NCBI RefSeq assembly: GCF_000315625.1
Contig: NW_005434623.1
Location: 22,535-86,534, forward strand
Origin: Guillardia theta CCMP2712
Lineage: Eukaryota; Protista; Cryptophyta
DNA length: 64,000 nt
Direction: 5' to 3'
The position numbers and the translations under genes are program-made. Below are positions 49,575 through 61,942 of this stretch, in pieces (position 1 is the stretch's first letter; the number at the start of each line of letters is the position of its first letter). A model generated the notes under the pieces. The model was given only the letters and a program-made list of their open reading frames with translations, did not search any database and was not told where the DNA came from.

Positions 49575-52500
49575 TCAGATCCTTCTGTACGCTTGCGACA
49601 CCACTCTCGACCCTCGTCTCCCTCCGAACTCGATGGTCGGGTATGAAAGCCCCCCAGCTCGCTTGAACCTCTTCGTCTCCTCCAGCAGATGTTCCAGCTC
49701 CTCCCCAGCAAAGTTGCAGCTTGTCAACACGAGGAGACCTCCTGATGAAGGCATGAGGGGAAAGAGCAGAGCATGAGAGGAAGGGAGGGAGGGAGGGAGG
49801 GAGGGAGGTATGACGATGAGGGTGCGGGAGCACAAGGGCTTCATGGCGTAGAGGAGCGAAGGCGAGGTACAAGGAGAACCTTTGACTGTGAGCCTGGCAC
49901 ATGTCAGGAGGTAAGCGCTGACATGCTCCTTGCTGCTCAAGCTGATGGCGTCCAAGGTCCCCTGCGATGGGTGAGGAAGGCGAGGAAGAGAGATGGAGAA
50001 GGATAGCCCAGTAGGGAGAAGGAAGAGGAAGAAGATAGGAGGGGGGAGAAGATGAACAGGAAGGAAGAAGCGAAGGAGGAAAGTGGAGGAGAGAGAGAAG
50101 AAGAAATCGGACAATGCAGGAAGGAGGGAAGAGGGAGTAGCATGTGGGCAACTTTGTCATGAATGACGTCGAAAGATTCGTCAGGAAGGTTCGAGTGAAG
50201 AAGATCGTCGACGAATATCTCAACGTGCAGGTCACTGGCGGATAGAGGTGGGACGGAGAGGAGAAGAAATCGGCAGGGCAGGGCAGGGCAGGGAGGGAGG
50301 GAGGGAGGGAGGCAGGGAGGCAGGGAGGGAGGGAGGGAGGGAGGGAGGCAGGGAGGGAGAGAGAGGAAAGAAAGGAGGAAGGAAACGAGGAGGAGGGAAA
50401 CAAGGAGGAGGAGGAGGAGGAGGAGGAGGAGGAGGAGGAGGAGGAGAGATAAATCAGTTCAGCTAGAGAGCAGTGGCATCGATCTCACTTCAAGTCAGGC
50501 ATGCCATACAGAGGTCCACCTTCCTCCTTGGACGCCTTGATATTGTTCTTAGCTAGCTCCACCTGTAACCACATCTTATGAATTTCTCCCTTCCTCCCTG
50601 TTCCCTCCTCCCCTCGCTTCCAACCTCCTCTTTCCAGCCTCCGACTTTGCTCCCTTCTCCTCCCTTTCATGACCCTCCCCCTTCCCCTCTCCCACCTTTT
50701 CACTCCTTCCTGCCTCCTGCCTCCCGCTTGCCCCCCCCCCTCCCCCTCCCTCGATCTCGTGGACGTACAGCTTGCGGTATGTAGTCCACTCCAGTCAGCC
50801 TGCGGAATCCGAACCTGCTCAAAACATTCAGACGAAGAGCCTGGAGGGGAGGAACGGAGTGGGAGAATGGAGAAAGAGGGCAGGACTTGAGAAAGCAGGT
50901 GAGGAGGATCGACGTACTGGTACAGCGGCAGGGATGTAAAGGAACATAGAATGGTTACGAGAGATTGAAGGAGGAGCGATGATGTTGTGGTAGAAAACAA
51001 AGTTGACGATGAAGCGGAGAGGAACAGTATCGACATGAAAAAATGGTGGAGGTGATGATGATGGAAAAACAAATGGTGGTGTAGATGAAGGCACAGTATA
51101 AGAAATAAAGGAGAATGACATGATGATGATGATGATGATGATGGTGGTGGTGATGGTGGTGGTGATGGTGATTCTGGTGGTGGTAGTGGTGGTGGTGGTA
51201 GTGGTGGTGGTGATGATGGTGACAGCGACGAAAAGGAATGCAACCACAAACAAGATTCAGATGTCGATTGCAAGGACGAGGAGGAAGAGGACAGCGTGCT
51301 TTGTTGAGAGAGGGGAGCGAGGTATCACTTGGCAAGCTCGATCAGCATCATCCCGTTCCCTGTACCAACGTCGAGGATCCTCGCAGTCTTGTAGGATTCC
51401 GTGAAGAACTCGTTGCGGACCCACCTGGAAAGGGAAAGTCAGGAGCAGGTAAAGAAAAAGCTAAGGAATGATGAGCAGAAAGAGGAGGGAAGGAGGGAAG
51501 AGGAGGAGAGAAAGGGGGGGGAGGGAAAGAGAGGAGAGGCGGGAAAGCGAGGAGGGTAGGAGGGTAGGAGGGGAGGAGAGGAGAGGGAGGAGGGGGAGGG
51601 GAAGAAGATGCCGTTTGAAGATGATTCAGCACGGGAGGAAATCAAAGTAGGAGGGGTGAAGGACTGAGGGCTGGGAGGAAGTAAGAAACAAGAGAGTTGA
51701 GAGTCAGAGGTCAACAAAACAAGAGGAAGGGATAGAGGGAGGAGAGAGGAAAGCATGATCGAGGCATAGAACTGACGCGACGATGGGCAATCAAGACGAG
51801 ATCTTGAAGAGGTTGAGGTTGAGGAGAGGAGGAGGAGGAGGAGGGTGGGGGGGGGGGGGGGGGGGGCGAAGGTCGAGGGAGGGAGGAGATTTCCAGGAGA
51901 CTCTCTGCATGCATTTGCTCTCTTCCTCAAACCAGCATTCTCCAGGATCACCTTGAAACAAGTTGAGGATAGCCAAAAGCATTCTTCTTTCCCTGTCCAT
52001 CCACTACCTCCTCCTCCTCCTCCTTCCGTGCTATGCCATCACGCCTCCTTCCTCCTACTGTTTATCTTGCTTCTTCTCTCTTCTTTTCGCTCTCCCCCGC
52101 CCATTGTCTCCTCCTTCTCCATCATCTGTCTCCGTCCTCCCCTCTCGGAAGCCTGGGCCGCTACCTGTAGCATGGAAGTTGCTCAGCTCGTTCTCGTACA
52201 CATCTTTCCAGTGGTCTCTAGTCCCCACACGACTCGCGTCAAAGTCTGCGACCGTTTGATTCTGCCGGGGCCGTCAGGACACGGAGGCAGCGAGGGGGTT
52301 GCTACCATTGACAGCCCGTCCTTGAACTGGTTGACATCCGGCACAGACGAATCGCTGATCTCCTCGTCCATGTTCACTTCTATCTCCTCACTCACCAACC
52401 CACTTTGGTTGTACTGCAATGACGTCAGCAGCCCGTTCACAACGAGCCTCTGCCCCTCACCTGGTCGTACTTGGCATTCTGCTGCAAGAACTGATCTCGA

Positions 52501-52690
52501 TCCCTCTTGAACATCGACTCTGTCTTGTTGAAGTAGCCTTCTGCCCCACCCTTCTCTTCTTCCTCCTGCTCAGCACTTGCGCTCCAATCCTCTGGAGATC
52601 TACTCTCAGCTTGCAACTTTGACTTGTCTTGCTCAACAAATCATCCATGAGGTCTCACCATTCGGCTGAGGCCCCTCAACTGCATCACGT
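49575..52690 (-). CDS. EEF1AKMT2: EEF1A lysine N-methyltransferase METTL10/Efm4-like, multi-exon, with N-terminal extension
   Basis: Exon peptides in order: SRVGTRDHWKDVYENELSNF, GDPGECWFEE, RILDVGTGNGMMLIELAK, GFRRLTGVDY, VELAKNN, FDVIHDK-GTLDAISL, GGLLVLTSCNF, YPTIEFGGRRGS. The 5' end is undetermined. Confidence 0.88.
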
Positions 52691-54149
52691 CAGGAGACAA
52701 TGTGTAAGATATCAAGGTCACATGACACGTCGGAAGTATGATCAGACTCCTCTGCGAGCTCTTTGGCGAGGCTCCGGTCCACCACTTCCTGTCTCCTCTC
52801 TGCAGCTGAAGTGAGTGAAGCGCAAGGCTGGTGATGGTGGTGGAGATTGAAGTGAGAAAGATAGAGCTAACGTGCACGATTACAACGATACTACTACAAT
52901 AACGAACAACGACACTACTGCAATGATGCAGAAACATGAATCAAAAGGAAAATGATGTCATGCATGATCACTGAAGCAATATCCAACATCGGATTGAATA
53001 GAGAATGAATGGCGATGGAAACGATACACTTGTTTGTGATCCTGATGCTGCTGATGCAGACGCCGCAGCAACAGATGATGGTGATGGTGGTGATGGTGGT
53101 GGTGGTGGTGGTGATGATGATGATGGTGGTGACGACGACGAGGATGATGATACAGATGATGATGCAGATGATCGTGACTACTATGACTACCGGCAGCCGA
53201 CAAGGGTCGAGGAGGGGCAGTAGGTCGGGGCTCGGAGAGCAGCTTGAAGGCATCGTCTGAGATGTTGCAGGTACTTCGAGTGAAGTTGATGTCTGTCGGG
53301 ACTCCCTGGTCCCAGAAGTCTTGAACTTTCTAAAAACTGCAAAGTCAAAAGTTTCAAAGTTTCCCGAGGTCAGAAGTTGAAACCCTAGCAAGGAGATTGA
53401 AGAGCCGCTGATCATCCTGTTCTCCGTATCAGAGTTGTGAAAACTTTCAACGTATTCTTTTAATATCGCATCATATCGTGTTGATGCATGATGGATGATG
53501 CTGATGCTGCTGATGCTGCTGATGATGATGTTTGTGATGATATTGGTGTTGGTGTAGTTGTTGTTGTTGATGGTGGTGGTAGTGGTGGTGGTGGTGTTGA
53601 TGATCACGGTTATGATAGACCGGCATGCCACATCATAAGCGACAACATCTCAGCATCTGGCCACAAATCCCCTCCTCCTCCTCCTCCTCTTCTCGTCCTC
53701 GTCCTCGTCCTTCTTCTTTGTCCCGCTCCTGCTCCTGCTCCTGCTCCTCCTCACTACCATCATCATCATCATCATACTCTTGCTCATCATCTCAACTTTT
53801 CGTCTGACCGCCCTCCCCGTGTTTTCTGTTCTGCCCACTAGAAACCTGTCTCTCATTCCCTTTTCACCTGGCAGTCGCTGAATCCATAGCCTCTCCTCGG
53901 TTGCCCGTCGTCGTCAGGCATCGCCATCTCTCTCTCTCTCGCCCACCTGCTTTCAAGATCACATGCTGATGAAGCTCAAGGTAGGAGAACACACAAGGAG
54001 GGAGCCAGAAGGCGAGAAGAAAGAGGGGGGAAACGGTGAGGCAAGGAGAGACGAGGCGAGGAGTACGGAGAGGAAAGCAGGGCAGATGGAAGGAAAGGGT
54101 CGGATGTTTCAAGTCATGGGGAACTAAACGAGGGGGTCGAGAAATTTAC

Positions 54150-54300
54150 CTGCGTGTTAGGTTGGAGACTGTGAGAGTGAGTGATCCTCCAGTCTGACAA
54201 AAAAGATGTTATCACAGACGTCGTCGTTGTCGTCGATGTCAGCATCAGCATCAGCATCATCCATTCCAACCCTCTTCTCCTCCTCTTCCTCCGTCTTGCC

Positions 54301-54332
<32 letters not shown>

Positions 54333-54333
54333 T

Positions 54334-54368
<35 letters not shown>

Positions 54369-57100
54369 TCATCATTTTGATCGTAACCAATTCCATCATT
54401 CCCAGCATCATCAGCAGTACCATATCCACACACGCTTCATTTCTAAAAGCTTCGAAGTAGTCCTCATGCGCCATGAAGCAAATCTCGTGCTCATCTGGGT
54501 CTCTCAGGACCATCACTTCTACCAGCCTCCTGCAGTTCGAGCAGATGTCAAGCAAAGAACTTCGTGACAGTCCTGTCATGTTCGCATACAAGTTCTCGTC
54601 CTGACCTACTCAGAGGCAGGAGCAGGAGCAAGGATAGGAGGTGTGGGAGTAGGAGCAAGAATGAGAGGAGCAGGAGCAATAGTGGTAGAGGAGGAGGGGG
54701 GGGAGGGGGGTGAGGGCAACAGCAGAGGAGGGATAGGACCTTTCTTCCGTCTCTGGTCGAGTGACATAAATGAGCGCGGATCGAAAGTTTCCTCCTGATT
54801 TCTGAACACAGGCTGAAACAACGGTCTTGAAGAAGATGAACTGCTCCAGACTGATAGAACGTCAACACATCAAATGGAAATCATGCAATGAATCGAATGA
54901 TGTAATGTATGGGGCTGAAAATGTATGTGGTTCATCCCACAATATGTCGAATTCACGTATTTGTCACAGCTCCAGCACTCACTGTCATCGCATTGCAATT
55001 CATCAATACGAGCAGAAGAACTTGTGTAGGGCATCGAGACAGCTCGTCGCATGACATCATACTTGAAAGCTCTTCATCACCTGCACGATACGTACAGGTA
55101 CGCCATCTCGCTGTCGTCTTGAACATAGTCCATAGTTGGAATCCCTCTCCTCCTCCTTTTCTTTCTCTTCATTTCTTCCACTTCCATAAGCTCCAATGAA
55201 ACTCCCCCTCCATCGTTCCCCCATCCCAGTATGACCCGCCGACTTTCTGGCTGCTCCGTGGAGCAAGTCATGGTAACAAGACACGAGACAGAACACATGA
55301 AGAGGGAGAGGAGGGAACAGGAGGGAGGGCGAAAATACAAAAAGTGAGCGATCGGAAGGGAGGTTGAAAAGCTACCGTGTAATCCCTGACTTGCATGCAA
55401 AGTAATCCAATCCAAAAATCCATCGAGCTTCCCAAATCCGAGACACCTGAGGAGTTTGTTTTCCGTGAGAAGAATGACCGTCAGAAAGATAGGAGAGGAG
55501 GGGGGAGAAGGAGGACTAAGACCTAGTGTTATGCGTTGTATTTTGTCAGCGAAGGGAGACATGCAAAGAATGGCTCGAGGCTGCTCCACGTCATCTGTCA
55601 TCTCCATTGTCCCTTCGCCTCCCTCTTCTTCCTGCCCCATTCTCCTCTCCTGCACTGCGTTGCCGACGTGAAAACATTCTCCTCCCGGGGCCCTCAGACA
55701 TGTCTGCTTCACCCTATGGTCAGAAAAGAGGAAGGAGCCTCGTCGTCCTCTCACAGCAAGCTTCCCTTCCCTGTAGCAGGTTGTCGCGTTCTCATCCAGC
55801 ACTGGCTGCTCTTTCAAAGCACGAGGATCAACAGTCAAGGAAATCAGTTTGCTGTCTCTTTGCCACCTGCGACGTCGTTAACTTCCCTCCTGATTGAAAG
55901 CACTCGTGCCCTGCCCTACTCGAACTTCTCCCTTTCACTCGTGCCCTGCCCTACTCGCACTTCTCCCTTTCACTTGTCTTGTGCACTCACTTTCTTTATG
56001 TATTCCTCCTTGCTCCTCCTCTCCTCTCCTCTCCTCTCCTCTCCTCTCCTCCTATCCTCTCTCTGATCACCGTTTGGCAGAGTCGTCGGAGTAGATCTCA
56101 ACAGTAAAGTGCCGCTCGCATGCCCCATAGCCAAACATGCTCTTCACGCTCTTTGCGCTCAAGTCTTTGCGAGGCTGAGCGGGCCAGGCCTTGGCCGTCA
56201 TGAAGGGCTTCTGATCGCGGGGTCAGAGCTCCGGCCCCCCTCGCCATGGCGGGTACCGTCGTCGAATTGTCGCCGAACTCCAACTCCTCCGTGTGCGTAA
56301 GGCTTACTTCGCTCTGATACTTCTTGGCGAGATCTCGCACGATAGGAGCGTTCCCTGCCTCATCCAGCTCCGTCTCGTTCCAGCTCGGGTCCTCCACCTT
56401 GTTCCTGTAGATGTTGATCTGTCCGAACCTGCCGAGCAACGTCACGCGTCCCGCTGGTCACATGGGCGCATCCTCTCCTCTCAAATGTCTCCCTCCTCAG
56501 AATCTTCATCCCCAGGATCTTCTCGAAGAACTCCAAGTACCCCTCGCTGCTGTTGACCTAGAGAAAGAAGTTGAGCGACAGGCGCTCGAGAAGAGGGTCG
56601 TCACTCGTAGCAGGCAGTGCCCCAGCTGGCAGCCGTTGAGGATCGACTCGATCCTGTGGAGGTCGGATTCTTCCGCTCAATCAGAGGAGAAGCAAGTACA
56701 CACTCCAGCGAGCGAGACGAAAAAGAGGAAGCGGAACAAGAAGGCCAAGGGCGGCGAGTACGTGGGGACATGCAGAGGAAGGTACCTGGTATCGCTGTTG
56801 GCGACTCCATCATCCCTCCTCTCAATCGAAGATCCTTGCGAGTCTGTGCGGAATGCATGAACAGCGTCGTGTGCTCCCTTGAACAAAGACATCCAGTTCT
56901 GTCTCCCGATATTCCGCAGGGCTTCGTGATGGGAGAAAAATGATTTGTGATTCCTGCTGCTCCTGCCACTCTTGCTGCTCTCCTTGCTCCTGCTCCTGCT
57001 TCTCCTCGTGCTCCTGCTTCTCCTGCTCCTCCCCCCACCCTGTGCATGCTGTCGATGCAACCATGATCGCCGCCAGGGTCCTGTACAAGCACCTCGACAT
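54150..57100 (-). CDS. GLOD4: Glyoxalase domain-containing protein 4-like (tandem VOC folds) with N-terminal signal-like leader
   Basis: Spliced peptides LGHCLLR-VNSSEGYLEFFEKILGMKILRRETFE, LRAPGGECF, IQRITLG-VSDLGSSMDFWIGLLCMQ, RVILGWG..VSLEL and VMVLRDPDEHEICF parallel the GLOD4 motifs. The 3' end is undetermined. Confidence 0.8.
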
Positions 57101-57149
57101 GCGCCCCACCATGCCTGGGTGCTCCACGAGGGAGTATGAGGATCGGCAT

Positions 57150-57383
57150 CGGGGGCCCGGGGCCCGGGGCCCGGGCCCCGCCGGAACTTCTGGGGCCGGC
57201 CGGGCCGGCAGAAAAACACTTAACTTTGAGTAAAGTTTCAGTACCAGTAGGTTTTACAAGTAGGGGCAAAAAACAAGTAGTAGTGATAAAACGAGGAACA
57301 ATTCCGGTACAGAGTCGGCCGTGACTCATTATTTTAGTCAAAGTGAAAAGTTAATTAATATCATCCTTTACTCAAAGTTAAGT
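57150..57383. promoter_or_regulatory. GC island plus inverted pair of the ACTTAACTTTGAGTAAA motif between divergent GLOD4-like and ABCG4 genes
   Basis: Motif at 57218-57234 and its reverse complement at 57367-57383. Confidence 0.55.
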
Positions 57384-57849
57384 AAACAACACTACCGCGC
57401 CTTTCTTGATCTGACCATTGAATATAAAAGTGTGTTTTAGAGGTCATGGGCAGTCATGGATCGTCAGTGCCCGAGTTCAAATTTTAAAACTCAAAAACCC
57501 TGTCGGGGAGGGTGGAGGGGGGTGGGGGTGATACCTTTGACTACCACCAGGGTAACCCCCCACCCGGTGTGTGACTGCAAATCTAGGATGCGCCTGTTGC
57601 AGGGAAACCCCGACCAGCCAAGCTACAGTAGGACCCTACCTTCTCCTGCCTTCCTGGGAATAACCACCCCTCTTTGCCCAGTGATTAACATTTTTAGTTC
57701 TCATACCCCACCTACTAGATATCATGGAGTACTTCTGAAGTAAACTTGACAGTCAATATGCGTCCAAAGCAGGAGGGGTGGGTGGGGGGAACGAGGGGGC
57801 TATGATATCTCCTGCGCACTACAGGGGTTCCCAGTAGCCCTCCCCTGCC

Positions 57850-59877
57850 ATGGCAGAGGCGCATGCTAGGATGCAGGCTGAGTTGGCGACGAGCAACCTT
57901 TCTTACTCCATACCCACTAACGAGGCACAGTCTCAGATGTCACCCGAGATCCCGCAATACACACAAATGCAGGAGGTACATCGCAACAACCTGTAAGTAG
58001 GAGGGAGTCGAAGTTCCCGACGCAGCAGCTGTACGGTGAGCTTACCTCGTTCCTTCAGGTTGAGAGGCGCCTCCTCCGCCAACTCCCTCGCATACAAGGC
58101 CCTCCACATCAACCCCGTCACCCTCTCGTGGAAGGACCTCACCTACGACGTCCGCGTCAGCCGTAAGAACCCTCAGACCGGCCAGAGCGAGGTCATCGAC
58201 AAGCGCATCCTCGATAGCATCTCCGGCATCGTCCGGCCCGGGGAGATGCTCGCCATCTGCGGGCCCTCGGGAGGCGGCAAGACCACCCTGCTTGACGCCA
58301 TCGCCGGGAGGATCGACCCCAACCGCAAGGGCAGGAAGTTCTCCGGCGACGTGCTGGTCAACGGGTATCCGCGAGACGACACGTTCAGCATGGTGGCGTC
58401 GTACGTGCAGCAGGAGTACGCGCTGCAGACGCCCTTCACGGTCAAGGAGACGATGGCGTACGCGGCGGACCTGCTCATTCCGCACTCGGAGAGCACAAGG
58501 GAGGAGCGGAGGATGCGGGCGGAGAACGTGATCCATGTGCTGGGGCTGGACTCGTGCAACAACACCATCGTAGGAGACGTGTTCCGCAAGGGGCTGAGCG
58601 GAGGGCAGCTCCGCCGCCTGTCGATCGCGGTGGAGCTGGTGCGGAACCCCTCCATCCTCCTGCTGGACGAGCCGACGTCAGGCCTCGACTCGGCTGCGGC
58701 AGAGAATATCATGGGCCACTTGTCGCACCTGGCCAAGATGGGGACGACGGTGGTGTGCACTATCCACCAGCCTCCGTCAGAGGTGTGGGCCAACTTCGAC
58801 AAGTTCTGTCTGCTGTCGCAGGGCAAGTGCCTCTACTTCGGGGCGGCAAGCGACTCTGTGGACTACTTTGGACGGATGGGGTATCCCTGCCCGGGGCTTT
58901 CGAACCCGGCAGACTTCTTCCTGAGGCTGGCCAACACGGACTTCGAGGGTCACGCGGACATCCAGGCACTCGCGACAGGCTTCAAGACCCAGCCCGAGGG
59001 CATGGCGCTCGCGGCGGGGCTGGCCAGGCCCATCGACCACCAGGTGCACCCGCACAAGAAGACCAACGGGTTCCTGGTGCAGCTGATGATTCTGTCGCAC
59101 CGAGCCTTCTTCAACAACGCGCGTAACCCGGGTATCTTCCTCGTCCGCCTCATCATGTACATCATGCTCTGCGCTATGATTGGCTTCATGTTCTGGGACC
59201 TCCAGCTGGGGCCGTCGGACATCAACAGTCGCATCACCATGCTCTTCTACGTCGCGGCTTTCCTGGTGTTCATGTCGGTGGCGGTGCTGCCCTTCTTCAT
59301 CGTGGAGCGAGCTGTGTTCCTACGCGAGCGAGCCAACGGCTGGTACATGGTGCCGGCCTACGTGCTGGCGACGTTCCTCATGTCGTTGCCGGGGCTCTTC
59401 ATCATCTCGCTGGTGAGCACGTTGCTGGTGGTGCTGCCGTCGGGGCTCAACGGATTTGGGGTGTTCCTGGTGGATCTTTTCTTGTCGCTGGTAGCAGCGG
59501 AGGCGTTCATGTGCGTGGTGGCGTCGGTGGTGCCTCACTACATCATCGGGATCGCGCTGGGGGCAGCGGTGTACGGCTTCTTCATGTTGTGCGAGGGCTT
59601 CATGAAGATCAAGGACGACATCCCGGACTACTTCATCTGGGGGTACTACATCGCGTTCCACACCTACTCTTTCAGGGCGTTCATGGTGAACGAGTTTGAG
59701 GGCATCAAGTACTTTGTCAACAGCCCGCAGTTTGCGGACGGGAAGGCGGTGCTGAAGTTCTACAACATGGAGGACAAGCCTGTGTGGAAGGATCTTGTAG
59801 TGATTGCGGGGTATGCGATTGGTCTGCAGCTGATCTTCGGGACGATCCTGCAGGTGTTCCACAAGGGGAAGCGGTGA
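57850..59877 (+). CDS. ABCG half transporter, copy 4 (exons 57850-57992, 58059-59877)
   Basis: Full motif set and the same phase-2 intron; closest to copy 3. Confidence 0.95.
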
Positions 59878-60770
59878 AGCTCGGGAATGCCATGCCATAC
59901 TCGTTGGTTCTCTTATTTGCAGTTACTGCCTGATCCTATTATCCCTCAACTCGAAATAGATTTTTTTCGATGTTTCAGCATCCTTAGATTGATGTTGTTC
60001 AAAGCTGTTTAGTTACCGAAATACAATTAGATTTACTTTTGGCATTGAATTGTCAGGTCCTATGTTGTACAGTGAAGATCAAACTCACTCGCGTTCGTCT
60101 ATCATTTCTCAGTGGGTCTAGGAGTCCCATCGTCTGATCATTGGTAATGTGATAGTATCAGCCTTGTGAAAGTTAACTGACTATCAAGTTCAAGAAGCTC
60201 CCCTGATTGTCCTCGTACTGTCCCGAAGTTTAACTTAACGATATCACTGCTACTGCGACATGAGGTCACTTCGACTGGTGACTCAGATCACATCAGTACG
60301 GTAGTACTACTAAGTAGTGCAAGTCACTGAGTAGTAGCGACCGCACCTGCTCTGCTACTACTAGCCACGTGATATGACGTGATATAGCCTTGAACAGTAA
60401 CTGATATACTTGTCACAACTGCACACTATCATGCGGCCGCTTCAAGTTTGGACGCTGTCGAAAACATCCGAGCAGTGTCGCACCTTGGTAGGAAGTGAAG
60501 AAGAAACGAGCAAAGGAAAGGCAGGAACACGGAATGAAATCCAACAATAGGAGCAATGTGTCAACTAGTAATGACAGCTGTTTGCAAACGATACACCAAA
60601 TTGCGCAACGATATGCGAAATCCAAAGGCTGAAAAGCTTTTAAAAACATGATTGAAACTCTAACAAAGATATTGACAAGGCACGGAAAATTCAAGAAAAA
60701 TTGTCAAAAATGCTCGAATCCCAATCACTACATACACGACACTTCGACATGAAAATCCCTTTTCAAGGCT

Positions 60771-61942
60771 TCACCGCTTCCCCTTGTGGAACACCTGCAG
60801 GATCGTCCCGAAGATCAGCTGCAGACCAATCGCATACCCCGCAATCACTACAAGATCCTTCCACACAGGCTTGTCCTCCATGTTGTAGAACTTCAGCACC
60901 GCCTTCCCGTCCGCAAACTGCGGGCTGTTGACAAAGTACTTGATGCCCTCAAACTCGTTCACCATGAACGCCCTGAAAGAGTACGTGTGGAACGCGATGT
61001 AGTACCCCCAGATGAAGAAGTCCGGGATGTCGTCCTTGATCTTCATGAAGCCCTCGCACAACATGAAGAAGCCGTACACCGCTGCCCCCAGCGCGATCCC
61101 GATGATGTAGTGAGGCACCACCGACGCCACCACGCACATGAACGCCTCCGCTGCTACCAGCGACAGGAAAAGATCCACCAGGAACACCCCAAATCCGTTG
61201 AGCCCCGACGGCAGCACCACCAGCAACGTGCTCACCAGCGAGATGATGAAGAGCCCCGGCAACGACATGAGGAACGTCGCCAGCACGTAGGCCGGCACCA
61301 TGTACCAGCCGTTGGCTCGCTCGCGTAGGAACACAGCTCGCTCCACGATGAAGAAGGGCAGCACCGCCACCGACATGAACACCAGGAAAGCCGCGACGTA
61401 GAAGAGCATGGTGATGCGACTGTTGATGTCCGACGGCCCCAGCTGGAGGTCCCAGAACATGAAGCCGATGATAGCGCACAGCATGATGTACACGAGCGCC
61501 ATGCACTCTGGCTGGGCCTTGAAGCCTGTCGCGAGCGCCTATGATTTTCTCTGCCGCCGCCGAGTCGAGGCCTGACGTCGGCTCGTCCAGCAGGAGGATG
61601 GAGGGGTTCCGCACCAGTCCCAGCTCATGGATCACGTTCTCCGCCCGCATCCTCCGCTCCTCCCTTGTGCTCTCCCGTTGACCAGCACGTCGCCGGAGAA
61701 CTTCCTGCCCTTGCGGTTGGGGTCGATCCTACTGGCGGAGTTGGCGGAAGACGCCCCTCTCAACCTGAAGGAACAAGGTAAGCTCAACGTACAAGTCGGG
61801 AGCAAGCTACTTACAGGTTGTTGCGATGTACCTCCTGCATCTGGGCATGTATCGCTTCCCTCTGTTCGATACCATGGAGCATCTCCCTTGGATGGTCGAT
61901 GCTGAGCGCCACTAGATCAGAAGCTCCTGCTGCTCCCAGCAT
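60771..61942 (-). pseudogene. ABCG copy 5: NBD half destroyed by five internal deletions, TMD frame (61502-60771) intact
   Basis: Exon 1, intron and 3' flank match copy 3. Exon 2 is 994 nt versus 1819 nt. Walker A and the signature motif are missing, and a frameshift gives an early stop. Confidence 0.9.

Noticed and set aside
50828-54567. Poly-His, poly-Thr, poly-Gln and poly-Met ORFs
   Set aside because: Trinucleotide repeats lying in introns between recognisable exons.
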